Shown here: positions 10,312-19,075 of the stretch, one piece after another
Layout: every line of letters starts with the position of its first letter
Position numbering within the stretch: position 1 is the stretch's first letter
From: an uncultured Dehalococcoidia bacterium
Lineage (GTDB): Bacteria > Chloroflexota > Dehalococcoidia > Lucifugimonadales > UBA1123
NCBI GenBank assembly: GCA_958296105.1
Contig: OY282441.1
Coordinates: 1,941,800 to 2,005,799 of the forward strand
DNA: 64,000 bases
Direction: 5' to 3'
Notes under the pieces: generated by a model
What the model was told of the DNA's origin: nothing
The model's input: the letters and a program-made list of their open reading frames with translations, nothing else
The model's database searches: none
Program-made: the position numbers and the translations under genes

Positions 10312-12159
10312 TTACAGGATTATGCTGAGAGGGTTCTCCAGAAGGTCTTTGATGGCGTTGATGAACATGGCCCCCTCCGCGCCGTCGACTATGCGATGGT
10401 CTGCCGAGAGCGTAGCGGTCATCATCTGGCGGACGACTATCTGGTCGTCGTCCGTCACCACCGCGCGCTTCTGCACCGCGCCGATGGCTAACACCGCCGA
10501 CTGCGGCGGCTGGATTATGGCTACGAAGCTCGTCACCCCCATCATGCCCATGTTGGATATTGCGAACGTCCCTCCGGAGTATTCCTGAGCGCTCAGTATG
10601 CCCTGCTGCGCGCGCGCGGCGATGTCCTTGCTCGCTTGGGCGATCTCCTTTAGCGACATGTTGCCGGCGCCGACGATCGCGGGCATTATCAGCCCTTCTT
10701 CGACTGCCATCGCCACGCCCACGTTGACCTCGTCATTCATGCGGATGCCGCTGTCCCTGTAATAGGCGTTGAACTTGGGGAATCGCTTCAGCGCGAGTAC
10801 GCTGGCGGCGATTATCATGTCGTTGACCGTGGCGCGCACGCCCTCGCCTGCCATCGCCTCGTTGACCTGCGCGCGCAGCGCCATAGCCTTGCTCATGTCC
10901 ACGTCCGTATTGACGTAGAAGTGCGGCTTTTCGTTCTTGGAGCGAATCGTGACGCGCGCTATCTGCTGCCGCGTCCGCGAAAGCGGGAGAAGATATTCCG
11001 CCCTGACTTCAGAGTCAGCCACCCCTACGGCAACGGGTTCGACGAATACCACTTCGTCCACTGGATACTCGTCAGCCACCGGCTCGTCGTCTTCGTCCAC
11101 CGCTTCGATGGTGACGGCTTCGGCTGACGGCTCTTCGCCAGTTTCCGGTTCGACTTCTTCGTCTACCGCTTCAGCCTCGACCGGTTCGGCTGTCGGCTCT
11201 TCGCCAGTTTCCGGCTCGACTTCTTCGTCTACCGCTTCGGCTTCGACCGGTTCGGCTGTCGGCTCTTCGCCAGTTTCCGGTTCGATTTCTTCGTCTACCG
11301 CTTCGGCGATGATGGTTTCGGCTGTCGGCTCTTCGCTAGTCTCCGGTTCGGCTTCTTCGTCTACCGCTTCGGCGATGATGGTTTCGGCTGTCGGCTCTTC
11401 GCCAGTCTCCGGTTCGACTTCTTCGTCCACCGCTTCGGCCTCGACCGGTTCGGCTGTAGGTTCCTCTTCAGCGCTGGTTTCGGCTGTCGGCTCCTCGCCA
11501 GTTTCCGGTTCGGCTTCTTCGTCCACCGCTTCGGCGATGATGGTTTCGGCTGTCGGCTCCTCGGCAGCCACCGCTTCGACTGCTGGTTCGGCCATCGCCT
11601 CGCTCTCGACAGGCTCCGGGTCTGGCGTCGAGGATGCTTCGACTATTTTGAGGATATCCTCCTTGACGATCCGCCCGCCCGGCCCCGTGCCTTCGACATC
11701 GGCTAGGTCGATGCCCGCATCCTGCGCCATCTGGCGCGCGACTGGAGTGGCGAACACGCGCCTGCCCGCGCTCGGCGTCTGTCGTGACGCGCCGTTCCCG
11801 CCGACTTGGGTCGCCGCTCCGAGCGGTATGGCGGCGCGCAGCTCTTCCGAGCGGACTTCGGGCTGCGCCTCCACCGCCGAATCGGGGGCGGCAGGCTCTG
11901 CCTCGGGGGGCGGAGCCGCGATCACGTCTCCAACGAGAGCGATGGCTTCCCCAACCGGAACGGTCGAGCCTTCGGTCACCAGTATCTTTTGCAGCACGCC
12001 GGAGGCGTAGGACTCGAACTCCACAACCGCCTTGTCTGTCTCGATCTCTGCGACAGGCTCGCCCAACTCGACGTTGGACCCCTCCGCCTTCAGCCATCTA
12101 ACCAAGGTGCCTTCCTGCATGTCGTAGCCCATCTGGGGCATGGTCAGTTCAGTAGCCAA
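10312..12159 (-). CDS. pdhC: Dihydrolipoamide acyltransferase (E2) of a 2-oxoacid dehydrogenase complex, with an expanded acidic repeat linker
   Basis: The lipoyl domain has IETDKAVVEFES and the PSBD has ATPVARQMAQDAGIDLADVEGTGPGGRIVKEDI. The catalytic domain ends with ATLSADHRIVDGAEGAMF. A TTG at 12159 follows gagggaag. Alternative starts are at 12174 and 12141. Confidence 0.9.
   Translation of the reverse strand: MATELTMPQMGYDMQEGTLVRWLKAEGSNVELGEPVAEIETDKAVVEFESYASGVLQKILVTEGSTVPVGEAIALVGDVIAAPPPEAEPAAPDSAVEAQPEVRSEELRAAIPLGAATQVGGNGASRQTPSAGRRVFATPVARQMAQDAGIDLADVEGTGPGGRIVKEDILKIVEASSTPDPEPVESEAMAEPAVEAVAAEEPTAETIIAEAVDEEAEPETGEEPTAETSAEEEPTAEPVEAEAVDEEVEPETGEEPTAETIIAEAVDEEAEPETSEEPTAETIIAEAVDEEIEPETGEEPTAEPVEAEAVDEEVEPETGEEPTAEPVEAEAVDEEVEPETGEEPSAEAVTIEAVDEDDEPVADEYPVDEVVFVEPVAVGVADSEVRAEYLLPLSRTRQQIARVTIRSKNEKPHFYVNTDVDMSKAMALRAQVNEAMAGEGVRATVNDMIIAASVLALKRFPKFNAYYRDSGIRMNDEVNVGVAMAVEEGLIMPAIVGAGNMSLKEIAQASKDIAARAQQGILSAQEYSGGTFAISNMGMMGVTSFVAIIQPPQSAVLAIGAVQKRAVVTDDDQIVVRQMMTATLSADHRIVDGAEGAMFINAIKDLLENPLSIIL
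11077..11565 (-). repeat. In-frame 66-nt tandem repeat (about 7 units) encoding EEPTAE(TII/PVE)AEAVDEE(A/V/I)EPETG inside the E2 linker
   Basis: Read from the translation at residues about 204-366 of the 620-aa ORF. The DNA shows the same periodicity. Confidence 0.85.
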
Positions 12160-12267
12160 GTACTTCCCTCTCAATCAAAAGTCCAGTCAATAATGCAGCC
12201 GCAGGCGGGGATTTGGCTAGCGAAGTAGCGGCCTGTTTTCCAAGCGATGAGAGCGGCCGGGAGCGGG

Positions 12268-13245
12268 CTAGATGCCAAAGCTCCGGGCTATCTCGTCGAC
12301 TACGCGGTCGGCGTTCGGGATCGTAGCGGCTTCCAGCGGCCCCGAGTACGGCGCTGGGACGTCCAGCCCGCCCACGCGCGCGACTGGGCCGTCGAGATGG
12401 TAGAAAGCCTCTTCCTGCACCGCGCTGGCGATCTCTCCCGCGAACCCTCCCGTCCGCCACGTCTCCTCGACGACCACGGCGCGGTTGGTCTTCTTCACCG
12501 ACTCTACCACCGTGTCGATATCGAGCGGCCTGAGCGTGCGCAAGTCTATGACCTCCGCCTGCCGACCCCTCTCCGCCAGCTTGTCGGCGGCTTGCTCGGC
12601 AACGTGCGACATGCGCGAATAGCCGATGATCGTTACGTCCGCGCCCTCTCGCCTGACCGCCGCCTTTCCGAACGGCACCTCGTAATGCTCGTCCGGCACC
12701 TCGCCCCTTACCCCATAGAGCAGCGCATGTTCGGCGAACAGTATCGGGTTGTCGTCCTTCAGCGCCGTTCTCAGCAGGCCGAGAGCGTCATACGGAGTCG
12801 AAGGCGCGACGACCTTCAAGCCTGGCACCGATGCGTACCAGCCCTCGAAGCTCTGGGAGTGGGTGGCTGCCAGCTGCGCGCCGCCGCCGGTGACCGTTCT
12901 AATCGTCACTGGCACCGTGAGCTGCCCATCGGACATGTAGCGCAGCTTGGCGGCGTGGTTGACGATCTGGTCCATAGCCAGCAGCGAGAAGTTGATGGTC
13001 ATTATCTCGACTATGGGCCTCATGCCCACGAGCGCCGCGCCAACGGCTGCGCCCACGAAGCCCGCTTCCGATATCGGCGTATCTCGAATGCGCTCCGGCC
13101 CGAACTCCTTGAGGAACCCGCGCGTGACGGCGTATGCGCCATCGTATGCGCCGATGTCCTCGCCCATCATAAATACGCGCTCGTCCCTTTCGAGCGCCTC
13201 TCGCAGCCCCTGCGCGATGGCTTCTCTGACTATGATTTCGGCCAT
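12268..13245 (-). CDS. pdhB: 2-oxoacid (pyruvate/acetoin-type) dehydrogenase E1 beta subunit
   Basis: 325 aa. MAEIIVREAIAQGLREALERDERVFMMGEDIG is a typical E1-beta pattern, with transketolase-like Pyr and C-terminal domains. Confidence 0.93.
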   Translation of the reverse strand: MAEIIVREAIAQGLREALERDERVFMMGEDIGAYDGAYAVTRGFLKEFGPERIRDTPISEAGFVGAAVGAALVGMRPIVEIMTINFSLLAMDQIVNHAAKLRYMSDGQLTVPVTIRTVTGGGAQLAATHSQSFEGWYASVPGLKVVAPSTPYDALGLLRTALKDDNPILFAEHALLYGVRGEVPDEHYEVPFGKAAVRREGADVTIIGYSRMSHVAEQAADKLAERGRQAEVIDLRTLRPLDIDTVVESVKKTNRAVVVEETWRTGGFAGEIASAVQEEAFYHLDGPVARVGGLDVPAPYSGPLEAATIPNADRVVDEIARSFGI

Positions 13246-13272
13246 GGAGTTCTTGCCCTTTGTGTGTATCTT

Positions 13273-14247
13273 CTAAGCGTAGATGTTGTCGTAGATGGCT
13301 TCGGCTTTGGGGAACGGGCTTTCACGGGCGAACTCGACGGCATCGGCGATAAGCTCCGCCACCTCGGACTCGATCCGCTCCACCTCGGACGGCGTGATCA
13401 GCCCCTCGCCCATGGCGAACATCTTGAACCTGTTGATCGGGTCGTTGATTCGCCACTCCTCGACCTCGGAGTTATCACGATAGTTGACCGGATCCGCCAT
13501 GGAGTGACCCCGATACCTGTAGGTCATCGCTTCCAGGAACACCGGCCCTTGCCCTGCCCTGACGTGGCGAAGCGCCTCGATGGTGGCTTCATGCACCTCC
13601 ATGAGGTCCATTCCGTCCACCTGTACGGAGGGTATCTTGTAGTACTCGGCGAAGTTGTAGATGTCCCGTCCCGCGGCGTGGGTGCGCTCCACGTGGGTTC
13701 CCATTCCGTATAGATTGTTCTCTAGGAAGAACACTACGGGCAGCTTCCACAGCGAAGCCAAGTTGAGCGACTCGTGGAACTCGCCCTCGTTCACCGCGCC
13801 GTCTCCAAAGAAGACCATGACGACGCCGTTCTCCCGTTTCAGCTTGATGCCCAAGCCCATGCCCACGCCAATGGGCATCTGTCCGCCGACTATCGCGTGT
13901 CCGCCCATGAAGTGCAGCTTCGCGTTGAACAGGTGCATGGATCCGCCCTTGCCCCCGCTCGATCCGGTGGCTCTGCCGCACAGCTCTGCCATACACGCCT
14001 TGGGGTCCATCCCCCGGGCTAGGGCGTGTCCGTGATCGCGGTAGTGGGTGATGACGTAGTCCTGCGGCCCCAGCGCGCTGATCGCGCCCACGGCTACGGC
14101 CTCCTCCCCGATGTACAGGTGCAGGAAGCCCCTGATGAGACTCTGCATGTAGAGCCTTGCGCTGGCCTCCTCGAATCTGCGGATGACGAGCATCTTACGG
14201 TAGAACTCTGCCACCTGCGCCTTGTCGATGTTCACGGCTGCTTTCAT
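13273..14247 (-). CDS. pdhA: 2-oxoacid dehydrogenase E1 alpha subunit (TPP-dependent)
   Basis: 324 aa. A YRGHSMADP phospho-loop-like motif is present, and the TPP-binding motif is GDGAVNEGEFHESLNLA. Confidence 0.93.
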   Translation of the reverse strand: MKAAVNIDKAQVAEFYRKMLVIRRFEEASARLYMQSLIRGFLHLYIGEEAVAVGAISALGPQDYVITHYRDHGHALARGMDPKACMAELCGRATGSSGGKGGSMHLFNAKLHFMGGHAIVGGQMPIGVGMGLGIKLKRENGVVMVFFGDGAVNEGEFHESLNLASLWKLPVVFFLENNLYGMGTHVERTHAAGRDIYNFAEYYKIPSVQVDGMDLMEVHEATIEALRHVRAGQGPVFLEAMTYRYRGHSMADPVNYRDNSEVEEWRINDPINRFKMFAMGEGLITPSEVERIESEVAELIADAVEFARESPFPKAEAIYDNIYA

Positions 14248-14350
14248 GGAATCCTCGGACTGATGCGCTGATGCTGATGCGGGGGTTGCGGGCTGAAGCT
14301 CGATGTTCGAGAAGGCAGACCGCCTCTCTCCCGATCCGTCTGCCTCCAGC

Positions 14351-15733
14351 CTACACGTGTACCGCCTCCCCTTCTGCTGCGAGGGCGGCCTCTTTTATCG
14401 TCTCGGATATGGTCGGATGAGGATGCACGAGCCATCCCAGCTCACTCGTGGTCGCCTCCAGCAGCTTGGTCATGCCAAGCTCTCCCAGAAGCTCCGTGAC
14501 CTCCGCCCCGATCATGTGTCCGCCGAGTATCTCGCCGATCTCGGCATCGACCACCAGCTTGACCATGCCCTCCGGCTCGTTCATCGCCAGCGCTTTGCCG
14601 CTGGCGGCCATTGGGAATCTGCCGACCTTGACCGAGCGCCCCGCCGCCTTCGCCTGCGCCTCCGTCAGCCCGAAGCTCGCCACCTGCGGGCGGCAGTAGA
14701 TCGCTCTGGGAATCTGCTCGTAGGCGAGCGGCTGAGGGTCTAGGCCAGCCATATGCTCGACTGCGGTCACGCCCTGCGCCGATGCCACGTGCGCAAGCAG
14801 CATCTTGCCCGTCACGTCCCCTATGGCGTATATACCCGTCGCGCTCGTTTGCATCGAGTCATCCACTTGGACGAAATCCCGTTCGGTGCGAACGCCCACG
14901 TGTTCCAGTCCGATGCCGTCCACGTTGCCCTGCACTCCGACAGCCACCAGCACGGTGTCGTACTCGGAGACAGAGCTTCCCCCGTTCGATGCGATGGAGA
15001 CTTTGGCAGTGTCGCCGTCCAGCCCGATTCCCTGCACCTGCGCGCCGGTCAGTATCTGGATGCCCTGCCGTCGGAACGAGCGCTCCAGCTGCGCGCTGAT
15101 CTCCTCGTCCTCGTTTGGGATCAGGCGCGGCAGCAGCTCGACTATCGTAACCTCTGCCCCGTAAGTGCGCCATACGTAGGCGAGCTCGCATCCGGTGGCG
15201 CCTCCCCCGATGATCACCGCGTTTCGCGGCACTTCCCGACGTTCAAGCGCCTCGCGGCTGGTTATCACGATTTCGCCGTCTATGGGGATGGTGGGAATGC
15301 GCCGCTGTCGCGCTCCGGTTGCCACGATGATGTTGTCCGCCGACAGCCGCCTGCCGCTGTCCACGACCTCGACGGTGTTGGCGTCTCTGATGACGCCGGA
15401 TCCCTCGACGTGCCGCACCCCGTTCTTGCGGAGCAGCATAGACACCCCGCGGGTCAGCTGCCTGACCACCTGTCGACTGCGGTCGACCGCCTTGCCGAAA
15501 TCCGGTCTCACGTCATGGACGCTGATGCCATACTCGTCGGCGCGCTGAATTAGGCTCAGCACCTCGGCATTCCTGAGAAGCGCCTTCGAGGGTATGCACC
15601 CCCAGTTGAGACAGATTCCGCCAAGCGCGTCCCGCTCCACGACGGCGGCTTTCATGCCGAGCTGTCCGGCGCGAATTGCGGCTACATATCCACCCGGACC
15701 CGAGCCGAGTACCACTACGTCATAGTCTGCCAA
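14351..15733 (-). CDS. lpdA: Dihydrolipoyl dehydrogenase (E3)
   Basis: 460 aa. The FAD motif is VLGSGPGGY and the redox disulfide is GGICLNWGCIPSK. The C-terminal dimerisation domain has HPHPT. Confidence 0.93.
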   Translation of the reverse strand: MADYDVVVLGSGPGGYVAAIRAGQLGMKAAVVERDALGGICLNWGCIPSKALLRNAEVLSLIQRADEYGISVHDVRPDFGKAVDRSRQVVRQLTRGVSMLLRKNGVRHVEGSGVIRDANTVEVVDSGRRLSADNIIVATGARQRRIPTIPIDGEIVITSREALERREVPRNAVIIGGGATGCELAYVWRTYGAEVTIVELLPRLIPNEDEEISAQLERSFRRQGIQILTGAQVQGIGLDGDTAKVSIASNGGSSVSEYDTVLVAVGVQGNVDGIGLEHVGVRTERDFVQVDDSMQTSATGIYAIGDVTGKMLLAHVASAQGVTAVEHMAGLDPQPLAYEQIPRAIYCRPQVASFGLTEAQAKAAGRSVKVGRFPMAASGKALAMNEPEGMVKLVVDAEIGEILGGHMIGAEVTELLGELGMTKLLEATTSELGWLVHPHPTISETIKEAALAAEGEAVHV

Positions 15734-16133
15734 CGTAAGATCACCTTCCGAACAGCCGCATCCTCATCATGGGATACGCAAGTCATCGAAATCATTCTAC
15801 ACCAAACCAAACTCAGCCGTAAAAGATGCTGTTCGGTCTGAACCTGCGCCAATACAGCGCTTGGGCAGCCCGTAGGCGCGAAGACGATCCGCTAACCAGT
15901 CGAAACGAGCGGATTTCAGCGTGCGCGGCTGTCTCCCTAGCCGCGAGCCTGCCGAAGAGCGGCGCAATCCCGCCATCTCGTGACCGCCCCGCGAGCGCTG
16001 GAAACTCAAAAAGCGCCGCGCGAGGACTGCCCCGCCCCGCCTCGCCTTTAATATCCTACTGGGGTATGGCAAAATAGAAGCGTTGCCCCTAGCGGCAGCT
16101 CTTGATTCTTATGAGACCTGAGGTAGCCTTGCC

Positions 16134-16697
16134 ATGCGAGTCGTGTTCTTGGAAGATGTCCCCGGAGTCGCGCAGGGGGGAGATGTCAAAGAGGTGAAGA
16201 ACGGCTTCGCCCGTAACTACTTGATTCCCAAAAATCTGGCGACCCCCGCTACCCACAACGCGCTTCAGCGCATCCGGAAGCTCCGCCGCCAGTCGGATGT
16301 TACGCGGCTGCGGCGGCTGGAAGACATGAAGGAGCTGGCATCGGAGCTGTCTGGATCCCAGATCAGCGTCGAGATGAGAGCCGGAAGCTCCGGGCGGCTG
16401 TACGGCTCGGTCACGACCGCCATAATAGCCGAACGGCTCGGCGAGCTGACCGACAGGGAGATCGACAGGCGCATGGTGGAGCTGGCAGACCCGATCCGAG
16501 ACATCGGAGTCCATGAACTCACGCTCAGGCTGCACCCTGACGTTCAAGCCAGCGTCTCGGCGCTGGTGCATCCGATGGGCACCACTCCGGAGGAGTTCAT
16601 GGAGTCGCTGAGGGCAGCGGAGGAGGCGCGCGAGCAGGCCGAGGCGGAAGAGTACGACGAAGACGACTTGGAAGACTCAGAAGAAGATCAGGGCTGA
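16134..16697 (+). CDS. rplI: 50S ribosomal protein L9 with an acidic C-terminal extension
   Basis: MRVVFLEDVPGVAQGGDVKEVKNGFARNYLIPKNLA is the canonical L9 N-terminus. The tail is EAEEYDEDDLEDSEEDQG. Confidence 0.93.
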   Translation: MRVVFLEDVPGVAQGGDVKEVKNGFARNYLIPKNLATPATHNALQRIRKLRRQSDVTRLRRLEDMKELASELSGSQISVEMRAGSSGRLYGSVTTAIIAERLGELTDREIDRRMVELADPIRDIGVHELTLRLHPDVQASVSALVHPMGTTPEEFMESLRAAEEAREQAEAEEYDEDDLEDSEEDQG

Positions 16698-16769
16698 CCG
16701 CGCTGCCCCCAGCGGGCGCTGCGCAGCGCCCCCAGCTCATGGGGACGGGTCGGCCAACCGGAGGCAGGC

Positions 16770-18161
16770 TTGGTTAGCGACCGTCTTCAACCCCACGACA
16801 TAGGCGCGGAAGAGTCCGTCATCGGCTCCATCCTGATAGATGGCGAGTCCCTCACCCGCATCACCACGTTTCTCAGGCCCGGCGATTTTTACAGCCAGCG
16901 CAATCGCAAGTGCTACGAGGCCTGCCTGGCCCTCTTCGACAGGAGCGGCGCCATCAATCAGGTGACAGTCGCGCATGAGCTTTCGATGGAAGAGGGAACC
17001 CTCGAGTCCATCGGAGGCGCGGCATACCTGAGCCAGATGGTGTCGGGCGTTCCGACCTCGGTCCACATCGAACACTACGCGCGCATCGTCCACACCACGT
17101 CGGTTCTGCGCCAGATCATACGCGCGGGCGGTCAGATAGCCGAGATGGGCTACGAGGGCGGGCCGGATGAGGAGATAGTTCTAGGCAAAGCCGAAGAGCT
17201 GCTGTACGGCATTCGCAGCGGGCGCGCCTCCAGAGACTTCACGCATATCCGCTACTTCATGGACAGCTACATGGAGCATAGCGGCGCGATGCAGGACCCC
17301 GGAGCCGTGGCGCTGTCGCCCGTGATAACGGGCTTTCCCAAGTTCGATGAGCTGCTCGGCGGCGGACTCCAGCGCTCCGATCTGGTGATACTGGCGGCGC
17401 GTCCCAGCCTCGGCAAGAGCACCCTCGCGCTGAACATGGCGCGCCACGCCGCCGCAGACGGCTTCTACGCAGGCGTCTTCAGCCTTGAAATGAGCGGAGA
17501 GCAGATAGCGGTGCGGCTTATCGCTGCGGAGGCAGACGTAGACGGCCATCGCCTGCGTATGAACCTGCTGCGAGACCACGAGGAGCAGAGGGTTCTGGAC
17601 GCCATCGGCCTGCTGTCGGACCTGCCCATATACATAGACGAAACCCCCTTCCAGTCGACCATGGACGTTCGCAGCAAGGCGCGAAGGCTCCAGCAGGAGA
17701 GGGGGCTGGACCTTCTCGTGATCGACTACCTCCAGATAATGGACCTCGGCGGCAACGACAACCGCGCCGTGGCGCTGGGAGACGCCACCCGGGCGCTCAA
17801 GGGCCTTGCGCGCGAGCTGGATATACCAGTCCTCGCCTGCTCGCAGCTGAGCCGCGCCGTCGAGCAGAGACCCAGCCATAGGCCGCTGCTGTCCGACCTG
17901 CGCGAAAGCGGGGCGATAGAGCAGGACGCGGACGTGGTCGCCTTCATCCACCGCGAAGACCACTACACCAGCCGCGAAGAGTGGCAGCGCAAGTACCCAT
18001 CGGGCCCCGAGTACCCGGAGAACATCGCCGAGATCGTAGTGGCAAAGCACCGCAACGGCCCGGTGGGGTCGGTGGAGCTGCTGTTCCGAAACGACATGGT
18101 GCGCTTCGAGACGCCGACCGACTTCAGCCCGGCAAGGTCCATGGAGTACGCGCCCGGATGA
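16770..18161 (+). CDS. dnaB: Replicative DNA helicase DnaB
   Basis: 463 aa. The N-terminus has PHDIGAEESVIGSILID and the Walker A is ARPSLGKST. It also carries ...IDYLQ... and SQLSRAVEQR. rplI-dnaB synteny is present, and a TTG start follows ggagg. Confidence 0.93.
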   Translation: MVSDRLQPHDIGAEESVIGSILIDGESLTRITTFLRPGDFYSQRNRKCYEACLALFDRSGAINQVTVAHELSMEEGTLESIGGAAYLSQMVSGVPTSVHIEHYARIVHTTSVLRQIIRAGGQIAEMGYEGGPDEEIVLGKAEELLYGIRSGRASRDFTHIRYFMDSYMEHSGAMQDPGAVALSPVITGFPKFDELLGGGLQRSDLVILAARPSLGKSTLALNMARHAAADGFYAGVFSLEMSGEQIAVRLIAAEADVDGHRLRMNLLRDHEEQRVLDAIGLLSDLPIYIDETPFQSTMDVRSKARRLQQERGLDLLVIDYLQIMDLGGNDNRAVALGDATRALKGLARELDIPVLACSQLSRAVEQRPSHRPLLSDLRESGAIEQDADVVAFIHREDHYTSREEWQRKYPSGPEYPENIAEIVVAKHRNGPVGSVELLFRNDMVRFETPTDFSPARSMEYAPG

Positions 18162-18390
18162 GCGGCGGGCTAGGATTAGGATTAGGATTAGAGTACGCGC
18201 CCGGATGAGCGGCGGGCTAGGATTAGGATATAGATTACGCGCCCTGATGAGCGGCGGACTAGGATTAGGATATAGAGACGCGCCCGGATGAGTGGCGGAC
18301 TAGGATTAGAATATAGATTACGCGCCCGGATGAGTGGCGGACTAGGATTAGAATATAGATTACGCGCCCGGATGAGCGCGGCTAGGATAT
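18147..18390. repeat. Tandem array of about 6 units (47 nt, then 41-42 nt) that reiterates the last codons and stop of dnaB (tacgcgcccggatgag) plus ctaggattaggatatagat
   Basis: Unit starts were read at 18147, 18194, 18236, 18277, 18319 and 18361. The array ends at the ATG (18389) of the DnaD-like gene. Confidence 0.9.
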
Positions 18391-19075
18391 GAGCCGAGAC
18401 GAGAGACAGACCTACGCCGGGTTTCCCAACAGGGTGCGCAGAGTGCCGGTGCCCGCGCCGCTGCTCGGCTCGCTGCTGGAGCGCATAGACGACCTGGCGG
18501 AGCTGAAGTGTACTCTGCGCGTAGTCGGGCTGCTGAGCGAGAAGCGCGGCTATCCCCGATTCGTAACGCTGGGCGAGCTTCAGGCAGATCGCAGCCTCGC
18601 GCTGGCAGTTTCGCCAGACGGCAGCCTAGCGGCGGCGGAACAGATCGAGCAGGCGCTGGGCCGCGCGGTCAAGCGCGGGACGCTGGCTTTCGCAATGGTC
18701 GGATCCGGCAAGAGCAGACAGCCGATCTTCGGACTGAACACCGAGTCCGATAGGTCTGCCCTGTCCGCCATCTCGAAGGAAGGGGCGCGTCCGCATCAGA
18801 TGGACACCGCGCCCGCGCAGCCTCCGACCGAGCGGCTGAACATATTCGCGCTGTACGAGCAGAACATCGGACTGCTCAGCCCGATGATAGCCGACGAGCT
18901 GCGAGAGGCAGAGGGGCTGTATCCCGAGGACTGGGTGGAGGACGCCATCAAAGAGGCGGTGACGAGGAACAAACGGAGCTGGCGATACGTCGCAACCATC
19001 CTCGACAGGTGGGAGCGCGAGGGCAGAGGGTATGGAGAATCTGGACAATATCCTAAGAAGACTGCGAGATTCTAG
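18389..19075 (+). CDS. DnaD/DnaB_2 domain replication protein
   Basis: 228 aa. The C-terminal region NIFALYEQNIGLLSPMIADELREAEGLYPEDWVEDAIKEAVTRNKRSWRYVATILDRWEREG matches the DnaD C-terminal (DnaB_2) domain pattern. Confidence 0.75.
   Translation: MSRDERQTYAGFPNRVRRVPVPAPLLGSLLERIDDLAELKCTLRVVGLLSEKRGYPRFVTLGELQADRSLALAVSPDGSLAAAEQIEQALGRAVKRGTLAFAMVGSGKSRQPIFGLNTESDRSALSAISKEGARPHQMDTAPAQPPTERLNIFALYEQNIGLLSPMIADELREAEGLYPEDWVEDAIKEAVTRNKRSWRYVATILDRWEREGRGYGESGQYPKKTARF

Noticed and set aside
10937-12010. 357-aa Ser/Thr/Ala-rich plus-strand ORF
   Set aside because: It is antisense to the acidic repeat linker and lipoyl domain of the E2 gene, so it is a repeat-driven shadow ORF.
18147-18390. 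Possible CRISPR array
   Set aside because: The units are contiguous tandem copies (41-47 nt) with no unique spacers between them, and there are no cas genes in the window.
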